Assembly: GCF_006345805.1 (NCBI RefSeq)
Contig: NW_021825219.1
Span: 1 to 15,837, forward strand
Length of the DNA: 15,837 nucleotides
Source of the DNA: Octopus sinensis
Lineage: Eukaryota
Direction: 5' to 3'
Part shown: positions 1 through 9,570 of the stretch, one piece after another
How the letters are laid out: each line of letters starts with the position of its first letter
Position numbering within the stretch: position 1 is the stretch's first letter
Made by a program: the position numbers and the translations under genes
The notes under the pieces: model-generated
Seen by the model: only the letters and a program-made list of their open reading frames with translations
Databases searched by the model: none
What the model was told of the DNA's origin: nothing

Positions 1-95
1 AGTGGAAACATCGGTAAAACGATGGAGCTGGTTTTTACCGATTCTGACTGCGTATTATGAAGAAAATATATGAAATCATTATATAATATAGACAA

Positions 96-311
96 GGCTG
101 CCAGCTGGCAGAATCGTTAGCACGCCGGGCAAAATGCTTAGCGGTATTTTGTTCATCTTTACGCTCTGAGTTCAAATTCTGCCGAGGTCGACTTTGCCTT
201 TCATCCTTTCGGGGTTGATTAAACAAGCACCATTTTAACACCGGTGTCGATCTAACCGACTTAACCCCTCCCCACAAATTTCAGGCCTTGTGCCTATAGT
301 AGAATGGATCA
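96..311 (+). mobile_element. tRNA-derived SINE, family A (octopus OK/OR-type; exact family not determined), tail variant 1
   Basis: Seen: A-box-like TGGCAGAATCGTTAG (106-120), B-box-like GAGTTCAAATTC (168-179), and core GAGGTCGACTTTGCCTTTCATCCTTTCGGGG (184-214), which recurs near-identically in the 10.1, 12.1 and 14.8-15.5 kb copies. Tail is ACCCCTCCCCACAAATTTCAGGCCTTGTGCCTATAGT. The octopus attribution is from memory of tRNA-derived octopus SINEs (Ohshima and Okada), not from a search. Confidence 0.85.
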
Positions 312-411
312 TATGATATAGATTAAATGTTCCATGATACTTAAATTCTAGCGATAGGTCGTCTTTGCTTATTTCGTCGTCTGAATAGTTCAGGTTTGGT
401 TTTGATGTCTT

Positions 412-618
412 TCATCTTCCACTTGTTTCAGTCATTAGACAGCGGCCATGCTGAAGCACCACCTTGAAGAATTTTAATCAAGCTAATATACCCTGGTACT
501 TATTCTATTGATCTTTCAGGCCGAACCGCTAGGTTACAGGGACGTAAACACACCAACAGGAGTTGTCAAGTGGGGTGGGGGCAACACACACCCACAAAGA
601 CAAACACAGAGACAGATA

Positions 619-664
<46 letters not shown>

Positions 665-941
665 ATACATAAATATAAATCTCTCTCTCTCCCTCTCTCT
701 CTCTCTATATATATATATATTATATATATATAAATATATATATGTGTGTGTGTGTGTGTGTATACATACATACATTCACACGACGAGCTTATGTCAGTTT
801 CCTTCCAAATCCACTGAGAAGGATTTGGTCGGCCTGAGACTATAGTAGGAGACTCTTGCTCGAGGTGCCATGCAGTGGGATTTAACCCGGATTAATGTGG
901 TTGGAAAGCAAGCTTCTTATCACACAGCCAAGTCTGCCCCT
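412..941 (-). mobile_element. Full-length tRNA/CORE-like SINE, family B (OR2-like), with an expanded internal microsatellite
   Basis: The reverse complement of 781-941 gives a tRNA-like head (TGGCTGTGTGATAAG...CCGGGTTAAATCCC) followed by GGCACCTCGAGCAAGAGTCTCCTACTATAG, which resembles a CORE domain. The 3' half (412-617) is homologous to 10652-10800 and 15684-15837 in this window. The family name is recalled, not verified. Confidence 0.8.
618..780. repeat. Compound microsatellite (TG)n(TA)n(CT)n(TA)n(TG)n inside SINE B
   Basis: Directly visible; explains ORFs 529..771 and 570..845. Confidence 0.95.
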
Positions 942-1515
942 ATATATTTTAATTCTAGGAGCGGTAATTATATGAATGATAAAACTAATTTTGCAGCGAG
1001 AAAAATAAAGAAGACAATATTACTTAATGACTAATATTATTTTAATTATTTCGTTAAATGCAGCAGACAAGTCTAGATTTATTTCCCTCTTATTCTGACC
1101 TCGGCAGCGAAAAATAGACCATGCCCTCCATGTCAGAGTAGCGATAAGAAAATCCTAGAATAAATACCTCTCATCTTGTATATTTGTTTATGGTAGTGGA
1201 AAGTTGCCTAGTGTACAACTGAGATACACCATTGACATAAATAAACAACAATTTACTTAGGTAGCTGTCAATTACAAAAGTAGATTTACATTAAGTACCA
1301 CGTCTCTACCGGAAAAGATGACGTATAAAAAATGGCTGCTTTGCTACCGAATGTTGAATTACATCGTTTAGAAGAGTTTAAAGCGTTTACGAAGAAATAG
1401 AAGCTAAATAAAAGGCAAGATCCCTAAAATAATGAAATGTGATAGGAACAAAACTATGATAATAACATATAACACCCCCTTCATTTTAATAGTAATATTA
1501 CAATTGAGAGAGAGA

Positions 1516-1753
1516 CCAAGGGATTCCTGAGAGAACCTATTTGTGGCCATTCGGTCCTGCTAGAAGCAGACAAATTTCTCTCAAATGATACGTAAAAAAA
1601 TCAAAAAAAAAATCAGAGGAATACATTGGTTGATAATAGTCTTGATAAATAAATAAAAGAAAAAACAAAGCAAGACAAAAAACAAAACGCGAGATGGGTA
1701 CGGCTGGAACGCTCTTTCAAGACAGCTTAGGGTGAAACAACAATAACAGCAAC
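1516..1753 (+). mobile_element. Degenerate interspersed repeat (SINE-like) ending in an (AAC)n-like tail
   Basis: GGCCATTCGGTCCTGCTAGAAGCAGACAAA (~1545-1574) resembles GGCCATTCACCCACTAGAAATAACAGCCAAA in the 13244/13602 inverted-repeat arms. It ends in GGCTGGAACGC...AAACAACAATAACAGCAAC. The overall layout matches my recollection of a common octopus repeat; boundaries are approximate. Confidence 0.35.
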
Positions 1754-1832
1754 GTCAGTGATGAATGTTTATATAAAAAAAGATCTCAGGAAAATAACTA
1801 ATGAAAAATAATGAAAAAATTTTTTAACAAAT

Positions 1833-1888
1833 ACACACACATACACACACACACACGCACACACACACATACAAACACACACACACAC
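1833..1888. repeat. Imperfect (CA)n microsatellite
   Basis: Directly visible. Confidence 0.95.
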
Positions 1889-2280
1889 TAACGTAACCAG
1901 CATTAACATAACGAATAGAAATGACAGAATAAATAAATAAATATATAAATAACATTTGTATGAAAAAAAATCGAAAAAGAAAATTCCTTGAAAGAATTTC
2001 TAAACCTCAGGAATTCTTAAAAGTTTTCATCCAACAACGATTCGTTTCAGAAAGCTCAAGTTTATGCAAATATTCTGGCTGATGTGAATATGTGGTGTGA
2101 TGGAGATGACAGAGTGGTTTGATGATAAAGGCATTGTGGTGGGGTGTTACACAGGGATGATGAGTCGACCGCGGTGCGATGATGATGACGGAGACGACCA
2201 CGTGTAGTGCGCTGGTGTGGTGGCAATATATAGAAATGGTGTGATATTAGCGGTACAGGGGCGATATACGTATGCATAGA

Positions 2281-2563
2281 TGTATGTATGTATGTATGTA
2301 TGTATGTATGTATGTATGTATGTATGTATGTATGTATGTTTGTATGTATGAATGCTTGTATGTACGTATGTATGTATATGTGTATGTATGTATATGTGTA
2401 TATATATATATATGTATGCGTGTGTGTACATATATATATATATAAGTATATATGAATATACACACGTACATACAAGCATCATACGTAGAAATATACATAC
2501 ATGCATACTTACATAATACATAAATACACGCAAGCAAGCACACATAATACACTTATATATATA

Positions 2564-2598
<35 letters not shown>

Positions 2599-2706
2599 GT
2601 GTGTTGTGTGTGTGTGTGTGTGTGGTTTGTGTGTGTGCGTGTATATATATATATATATATATATAGTGAGTCTGTGTGTGTATGGATATGTCTATACCCG
2701 TGTGTA
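2281..2706. repeat. Compound (TGTA)n / (TA)n / (TG)n microsatellite field
   Basis: Directly visible; explains the YIHT-type ORFs at 2062-2716. Confidence 0.95.
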
Positions 2707-2815
2707 ACGTACACATATTTTTTTTATTGTAATTCGGGTGATCAGAGACAAATTATGTTGAAATAAATGTGGATTTCTTGCTTTCGAAATTTCTATTTCT
2801 TTCCTAACTTGACAT

Positions 2816-2830
2816 CTACTACTACTACTA

Positions 2831-2892
<62 letters not shown>

Positions 2893-2905
2893 TTAGTACT
2901 ACTAC
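2816..2905. repeat. (CTA)n trinucleotide microsatellite
   Basis: Directly visible; source of the poly-L and poly-V ORFs. Confidence 0.95.
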
Positions 2906-3379
2906 TTGTACAAAATAAAACAAAGCAAAGCGAAAGTATTTCTCACGTGTGTACAAGGCCACATATTTTAGCAGGAAAACCGATTGCGCCTCAACCCCTG
3001 AATTCGCGTCATATTTCAAAAACCGGCGAATGAATAGTTAAGAAAATGTATCTCGATGGGATTTGAGATGGAAACACAATTTTACATTATCAAACACCAG
3101 AAAGTATTGACTTGGAAGCTCTATTGTTTACTTCTTTGTTATTGTTGCTTTTCAAATATGTCTTTGTAGTTTACCACTTTGTACGCCATATTCCCAAGAA
3201 CGATAATGTCTTATATAGGTAACAAACAGAAGGTCATATGTTTTCTAGGGGAAGTGTAAAATAAGTTTGAATGGTACTGCAGTATACGGGGTCTATTCCG
3301 AGTGATATACGGGAAATAAACATCCGAGATGCTTTGTCCCGTGCTAAAACTGCAGGAGTCACATATTTTGGTAGATGTT

Positions 3380-3430
3380 AGTTTCAAGTTTTGGTACAAG
3401 GCCAGCAATTTTGGGGGAGGGGTAAGGGAT
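3380..3430 (-). mobile_element. 3' tail fragment of SINE family A (tail variant 1)
   Basis: Reverse complement CTTACCCCTCCCCCAAAATTGCTGGCCTTGTACCAAAACTTGAAACT aligns with the tail at 260-300 (CTTAACCCCTCCCCACAAATTTCAGGCCTTGTGCC). Confidence 0.6.
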
Positions 3431-3679
3431 CTATTCCATCACAATCACAGATATTAAAATTTTTTTATTTTAATAAACAGTTTGAAATTTCGAATACTTG
3501 TAGAATTTCTCACGTAGAGCAGGGTTTACTCTGAACCTTTTTCTTGGCAAAATTTCGTATTTTTGAAGTTATCTCGCGTTAAAGTTTTCGTATTTGGGTA
3601 ATTTCAACCAACCAACAACGTGTATTCGGTTGAAGAAAGCGTCAGGATATCTCGAATACACTATCAACTCTCGACTATA

Positions 3680-4180
3680 CCAACGCCACTAATACCGCCT
3701 CCACCGCCACCACAACCAACCACAAACACCACCATTACGACGACCACCACATCCACTGCCACCACGACCATCATTACCACAACAATCGCCACCATCATCA
3801 CCACCACCATCATCACCACCACCACCATCACCTCCACTACCACCACCATCACCACCGTGCCACCACCATCATCACCACTACCCCCACCCCCACCATCACC
3901 AACAACAACACTGCCACCACCACCACTACCATCACCATCACCACCACCACCACCACCACCACCCCAACAACAACACAACAACACACTGCCATCATCATCA
4001 TCACCAACACCTTCAACAACCACCATCACCATGAAGACTACTACAACCCCACCTTTACAACAACCACCACTACAATAACCACCGCCAATACCACTACCTC
4101 CACCATCACTACCACCTTTAACACCACCACCAAAATCACCACCGTCACAATACACCACCACCACCACCACCACTACTAAT
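3680..4180. repeat. Degenerate (ACC/ATC/AAC/ACT)n trinucleotide tract, C/A-rich on +
   Basis: Directly visible; source of the poly-T/P and poly-V/G ORFs at 3620-4308. Confidence 0.9.
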
Positions 4181-4379
4181 ACCTCTGCTACAAAGTCTAA
4201 TGACTTGAGGGAATAAATATAGAAAAAAGAAATCGTAAAGAAGAGATAAAAAGGCAGAAAGCAAAAGAGAAAAAAAAATGAAAAAGAAAAGGAAGAGAAA
4301 ACGTACAAAAAAATCCGCCATTATTGTATTATAAAAAGTTTTCCGATTTTCAGATTGTGGAAAAATTTTCTTGGAATTT

Positions 4380-4842
4380 ATTAAAGAAATACTTTCATTC
4401 TGTCATTCAACTTTCCTTTCTGGTTTTAAATCTTCATTCTCTTCTCTTTCATTCATTATTTAGCTTTTATTTCGTTCTTTCTTCCTTTCTTTCTTTCTTT
4501 CGTTCCTTGCTTTATTCCTTGCTTGCTTATTTTTCTCGTTATATGCTTTCTCAGTTCTATTTTATTTTCATTTATTGCGTTCTTTCTTTCCTCTTCTCTC
4601 TTTCTCCCTTTACTTCTCTTGTTTTAGTTTATTTTATTTTATTTTATTTTATTTTATTTTATTTTATTTATTTCATTTTATTTCATTTTATCATTTATTT
4701 CATTCTTTCCATACTTCGCCGTTTTCTTTCTCAAGTAATCTTTCTCCCCCCCATTTCTCTCTCTCTCTCTCTCACTTTCTCTTCCTCCCACAGTCTCCAT
4801 CTCTCTTTCCTTTACACACACACACACACACACACACACGCG

Positions 4843-4882
<40 letters not shown>
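4380..4882. repeat. Pyrimidine-rich low complexity: (TTTC)n, (TTTTA)n, (CT)n, then (CA)n
   Basis: Directly visible; source of the F/L/S-rich ORFs at 4324-4986. Confidence 0.9.
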
Positions 4883-4883
<1 letters not shown>

Positions 4884-5051
4884 TCTCACTCTCTTTCACA
4901 GAAGCACATACGCACTTCACATAGCCTCAAGGCAGGCTGTGCTCGATAGAAGGCAAAACGCTAGATACAAACAAGTTGAGCAATGAAGATGATTTGCAAC
5001 CAGAATCTCTAATCTCTTGGATATGTCCAAATTCCAGGACGAAATTCTACC

Positions 5052-5107
5052 AGTAGCAGCAGCACCGCCGCCGTCGCCGCTACCCACCACCACCACCACC
5101 ACCACCA
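5052..5107. repeat. Short compound trinucleotide run (CAG)(CCG)(CCA)n
   Basis: Directly visible. Confidence 0.85.
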
Positions 5108-5282
5108 ATTACAGCAGTAGTAGTGCTAGTGCTAATACTTGCAGTGATAATAGGAATAATTAGTTGTTGCTGGCGTATTTTGTTTTGTTGTTGTTGTTGT
5201 TGAATGGGCCGCATTTTTATAAATCACCTCTTTGAATCTCTAATCTTCAGAATGTCTCCAAATTTCAAGACAAGATGAGATT

Positions 5283-5283
5283 C

Positions 5284-5316
<33 letters not shown>

Positions 5317-5712
5317 AAGTCCTAGTAGTAATGGCAGCAGCAGCAGTATTAAATGGTAGTGGTAGTAATAGTAGTAGTAGTAGTAGCAGTGGTGGTGGTG
5401 ACACTGGTGGTGGGGTTGGTGGTAGCGATTGTAGTAGTAGTAGTAGTAGCAGCAGCAGCAGTAGTAGTAGTAGTGGTGGTGGTGGTGGTGGGAGGAGGAG
5501 GAGGAGGTGGAGGAGGTTTGAAGTACTAGTGGGCGCAATGGTGGTGATGGTGGCTGCTGTAGCGGTGGCGGGGGGTAGTACAAAGGTGGTGGGTGCGGTG
5601 GTGGCAATAGTAATACTGATGGTGGTGGTGGTAGTAGTATTAGTAGCAGCAGCAGCAACTGTGGTGATGTTGGTGGTGGAGGTGGTGGTGGTGATTGTAG
5701 TAGTAGTAGTGA

Positions 5713-5746
<34 letters not shown>

Positions 5747-5785
5747 TGCAGCAGTAGCAGTTAGCTGTAGTTGTAGTAGTTGCTG
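5283..5785. repeat. Degenerate (TAG/TGG/CAG/GAG)n trinucleotide tract, G/T-rich on +
   Basis: Directly visible; source of ORFs 5224-5794. Confidence 0.9.
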
Positions 5786-6019
5786 ATTGTCCAAAACTTC
5801 TCTGATGAAGCATATATCGTGGGACCGAAAAGAATCAGATTAGAAGAGGAAGTTGTGGGGGCGGGGGGGGGGAACCTTCGATTGCCATCTTTTGTCTTTC
5901 GATCGGAGTTAAGTTTTATATTATGGAAAATAGTTTTAATTTTTTTTTTTGTTTTTTAAAATTCTTTGGGTGGTTTTAGCCTCCAGAAACGGAAATAAAT
6001 AAGCAGATGCCAAGTGTAT

Positions 6020-6180
6020 TTGTTGTTGCTTTTGTCGTCGTTGTTGTTGTCATCGTCGTTTTTATGGCTGTTGTTATTGTTGTTGTCATCGTCGTTTTTA
6101 TGGCTGTTGTTATTGTTGTTGTTGTTGTTGTTGTTGTTCTTGTTGTAGCAGCAGTAGTCGTCGTTGTTGTTCTTGTTATT
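6020..6180. repeat. (GTT)n-like tract containing an exact 36-bp tandem duplication (6041-6076 / 6077-6112)
   Basis: Unit TTGTTGTTGTCATCGTCGTTTTTATGGCTGTTGTTA occurs twice consecutively. Confidence 0.9.
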
Positions 6181-6234
6181 GCTGGGGGTGATCCAGTACA
6201 AGTTCCAAGTTGTCATTCGACTTAAAGTGCTAAA

Positions 6235-6307
6235 ATGGCTTCATCTGGAATTGGTTTGAGATTTGAAACTTTCGCAGAAAATTTGGCCACGAGGAACTAT
6301 GCCACAG
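6235..6307 (+). CDS. Speculative first coding exon MASSGIGLRFETFAENLATRNYAT(G), no recognised family
   Basis: AAAATGG start context at 6232-6238, in-frame upstream stop at 6223-6225, and CAG|GCAAGT matching the GC-AG donor consensus at 6305-6313. Unique, non-repetitive sequence. No homology established. Confidence 0.2.
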
Positions 6308-6759
6308 GCAAGTTTACTACAGCAATTTGCATTCCATTTGGAATATAGTTAAATGTAAAAAAAAAAAAAAAAAAACGATAATAATAAAAATAATTACTAC
6401 TGGAACCGGTGTATGTTATTCCCTGCTTATGTCAAAGACATTCGAAATATTAGTTGGGAGAGAATATTCTCTCTTTTCTTTCACTTTTTTGTTTTCTTTT
6501 GTAATCTTGTGAGAGGTGGGAGAGCAGCAGCTATGGCCCTTGTAACAATGAGCTCACACACTGCTGGGAGAACTTAGAAAGGAATCTTGATGTCCTCAAG
6601 CACGGGGACCCGTTCCGTATGACTGCAACATACAGCGTCCAGCAAAAGCCATCTTTGAACTAATAAGAAGGTGGTATTTAACCGGGCAACGATTTAAACA
6701 TGCAACGCAACGATGGAGTCATCGTTTTCGTTTGTTGTTGTCTGAATGATGGCACGTAA

Positions 6760-7825
6760 AGCAAATTGTGAGAACGTCCGATGAAATTCTTAATGTTTCT
6801 TTCGACTCTTTACGATCTGATTTCGACTTCCTTTTTATCTTTTGGGCTATCGATAAAATAAACACCAGCGGAGTGCTGAGGTCTGTGTAATCAACATACT
6901 CACTCACTCATTCACTCACTCACTCACTCACTCACTCACTCATTCACTCACTCACTCATTCACACTCACTCACTCACTCACTCATTCACTCATTCACTCA
7001 CTCACTCACTCACTCACTCACTCATTCACTCACTCACTCATTCACACTCACTCACTCCCTCACCGCTTTTCTGTAGTAGATAGTTTCACGAAATATTTTT
7101 CGACAGACTAATTATCTATCTATCAATCTATCTATGTGTACGTGTATGTGTGTATATACACGTGTATATATATATATAACACACGTGTATGTGTACGTGT
7201 ATGTGTGTATATACACGTGTATATATATATAAACACACTCACTCACTCACTCACTCATTCACTCACTCACTCAATCACTCACTCACTCACTCATTCACTC
7301 ACTCACTCACTCACTCACTCACTCACTCACTCATTCATTCACTCACTCACTCACTCACTCACTCACTCACTCACTCACTCACACACTCATCACCTTCACT
7401 CCCACTCACTCCTCACATCCCTCCCTCACTCACTCACTCATCATTCCCTCACTCACTCATTCACCACTCACCACTCATTCACTCACTCACTCCTCATTCA
7501 CTCACTCACTCAATCACTCACTCACTCACCTCACTTCACTCACTCACTCACTTCACTCACTCACTCACTCACTCACTCATTCACTCACTCACTCACTCAT
7601 TACACTCACTCACTCACTCACTCATCACTCACTCACTCACTCACTCATCACTCACTCATTCACCTACTCACTCCTCACTCATTCATCACTCACTCACTCA
7701 CTCACTCACCTCACTCACTCATTCACTCACTCACTCACTCATCACACTCACTCCTCATTCACTCACTCACTCACTCACTCACTCACTAAATTTACTGCCT
7801 TGTGCCAATAGTTGAAACAATTATT
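6760..7825 (+). mobile_element. Old SINE family A copy (tail variant 1) split by the (TCAC)n array
   Basis: Left part: TCTTTACGATCTGA (6807-6820) versus TCTTTACGCTCTGA in the 96-311 copy, then CGATAAAATAAACACCAG (6851-6868) and GTAATCAACATAC. The B-box region is deleted. Right part: AAATTTACTGCCTTGTGCCAATAGT (7788-7812) versus AAATTTCAGGCCTTGTGCCTATAGT (276-300). Confidence 0.7.
6899..7788. repeat. ~890-bp (TCAC)n tetranucleotide array with a non-TCAC interruption at ~7060-7235
   Basis: Directly visible; source of the HSLT-repeat ORFs at 7136-7815. Confidence 0.95.
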
Positions 7826-8727
7826 GTTGTGATTGAGCTACAGGTTAGCCTTCAAGTTGTGTATTTCTTATTCATCGAAGCAACTTCAGCCGTGGCCATC
7901 TCGCCTTTATGTGTATCTAGGACTACAATTTACAATACGCTTGTACGTTAATCAAAAAGACCAGTGTAATTTAAGGAATGATTCACATCTCTCTCTAACG
8001 GATCAGCTGGCCGCGAGGAGAGTCTCGTGTTGTTGGTGATGTTAATTAGTCCTAAACTACTTCACACGTGGCTATCACGGCTTTTTAGGCGTATGTAGAA
8101 CTACACTACATAGTGCTTTGTTGTATTTCGGAACCGTCATTATGCCAATTATAAACACACGCACTGTTCTATTTCCCTTCCTTTTTTATATTTGTCTGTT
8201 GGTTAACTGTCTAACCACTTTATTTATTTAATACCATTCAAGAAATGAATTGCTTGATTAATCACTCGGCTAATCAATCAATCATTCAATCAGTAAAATT
8301 GTCAAAGTCCTTCTGTCATCAGATGAAGTCTTATGAATGACATACCGTCTCTACTTCAAGGTTGATTCAGATCTGTCAGCACACGAGTTCACATCAAGAA
8401 TTTTCAAACCAGATACAAAAATGAACTGCATAATGTGTTGTTTCGTTATTTTAGAACAGTAAAGTGTGTGAACTGAGGGAGTTTTGCTTATTATTTTTAG
8501 CAGATGTAGCGACCATTGGCTCATAAAATTGTTTGTTGTGTTGGTGAGAACACATGGACAGGAAGTTATTCACTGCTTGAGAGGTTCATGTCAACCTCGT
8601 CGGAAAACATTATCGCTGGGGAAAGCGACAAAAAAGTTTTCCGTGGTGCGACTGGCGCCGGGTTCCGATGACATCTATGGCGTTTTTCTTGTTTTTTTTT
8701 TATATTTTGTATTTTCGACTCTAACTA

Positions 8728-8744
8728 ACGTCACGGGAAATCCC
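8728..8744. promoter_or_regulatory. Possible NF-kB site GGGAAATCCC (8735-8744) adjacent to a CRE half-site ACGTCA (8728-8733)
   Basis: Exact match to the GGGRNNYYCC consensus, next to a locally GC/CpG-richer stretch (8595-8682). Motif match only; such sites occur by chance. Confidence 0.15.
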
Positions 8745-9306
8745 AAAGATAAGACATAAGTCCTACGAGACTTTCATAAGCTAGGAATATTTTACAAGTT
8801 TTTTAAATAAATATTCATTACACAGGAATTAATCCTTACAGATGATATTATGACTCCATCCCGCACCCTCACCAATACACGTAGGGAATTACGAATCCAC
8901 AGTCAAGGAATGGAATTCAATAAGTAACAAAATAAATAAATAATCAAAAATAAAAATAGACAGCCATGATAACTAAATTATGTTGGAGATAAAGTATAGA
9001 TGAAATAAGATATACATATATGATAATGAAGTTATCTAACTGATAATGAAATTATATTGGAATATTTTCAACAAATATGGGAAAGGAAACAAAAATAAGC
9101 AAAAGAAAAAAATAGCAAGTAAAAAATGTTGGAGTAGGAAGAAACAAAAATAATTTTTCAAGATGATTTTTTTCCAAAAACAACAACAACAAATGTATTT
9201 ACAATGAGGAATTGCACTTGATGTAAAAATTCATTGTTTGCAGTATTTTTGATGATATTTGGGTCAGTTCATACGCATAGGAAATGCTGTCCTTCGGCCC
9301 CAGAAC

Positions 9307-9309
<3 letters not shown>

Positions 9310-9352
<43 letters not shown>
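9310..9352. repeat. (TA)n microsatellite
   Basis: Directly visible. Confidence 0.95.
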
Positions 9353-9385
9353 GAGAGATAAGGTTGTTATAGATTTGAGGTCACT

Positions 9386-9489
9386 GTTTACGGCCATATC
9401 ACGTTGAATATTCTCGTTCTCGTCAAAGATTAGTGAAGTTAAACAACGGTGTACCTATTTAGTACTTAGAATGGACGGCATCTTTGAAT
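9386..9489 (+). pseudogene. 5S rRNA-derived sequence (about nt 1-100 of 5S, degenerate, lacks the 5S 3' end)
   Basis: Collinear blocks matching the metazoan 5S consensus as I recall it: GTTTACGGCCATATCACGTTGAA (9386-9408), GTTCTCGTC (9416-9424), GAAGTTAAACAACG (9435-9448, box A region) and TTAGTACTT (9459-9467). Box C is decayed and there is no oligo-T terminator, so this is not a functional 5S gene. Confidence 0.85.
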
Positions 9490-9570
9490 CAACTTCGATG
9501 GGGGTGCTCCAGAATGGCCAGAATGGCCAAATGCTTCAGACAGAAACAAGGAAGGAAGATAAAATAAATA
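9386..9570 (+). mobile_element. Candidate 5S-headed SINE (SINE3-type) or chimeric retrocopy carrying the family-B 3' tail
   Basis: After the 5S part come GGTGCTCCAGAATGGCC (9503-9519) and GAAACAAG (9543-9550). These match the reverse complement of the SINE B tail at 444-460 (GGTGCTTCAGCATGGCC) and 422-429 (GAAACAAG). An A-rich end follows (AAAATAAATA). There is an internal 9-bp tandem duplication AGAATGGCC. Confidence 0.6.

Noticed and set aside
2051-2122. Possible exon after TTTCAG reading KAQVYANILADVNMWCDGDDRVV
   Set aside because: It ends in a stop codon with no convincing donor, and no homology was recognised.
3271-3381. Short open frame MVLQYTGSIPSDIREINIRDALSRAKTAGVTYFGRC with a possible CAG acceptor at 3282
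   Set aside because: Only vague likeness to TatD or GH35 N-terminal helices, with the catalytic motifs absent and weak splice signals.
3620-3661. 9-bp inverted repeat GTGTATTCG / CGAATACAC
   Set aside because: Short stem with a 24-nt loop, expected by chance in 16 kb.
5795-5854. Hammerhead-like CTGATGA...GAAA with a possible stem I (CTTCT/AGAAG)
   Set aside because: Stem II cannot pair (AGCAT...GGACC) and stem III fails at the second pair, so the core geometry is not satisfied.
6505-6750. Two overlapping ~50-codon protein-like open frames in unique sequence
   Set aside because: No canonical acceptor or donor pair and no recognisable family; frames of this length arise by chance. A BLASTX against TE proteins would settle it.
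9386-9489. Functional 5S rRNA gene
   Set aside because: Box C is decayed, the 3' end is replaced by a SINE tail, there is no oligo-T terminator, and it is not in a tandem 5S array.
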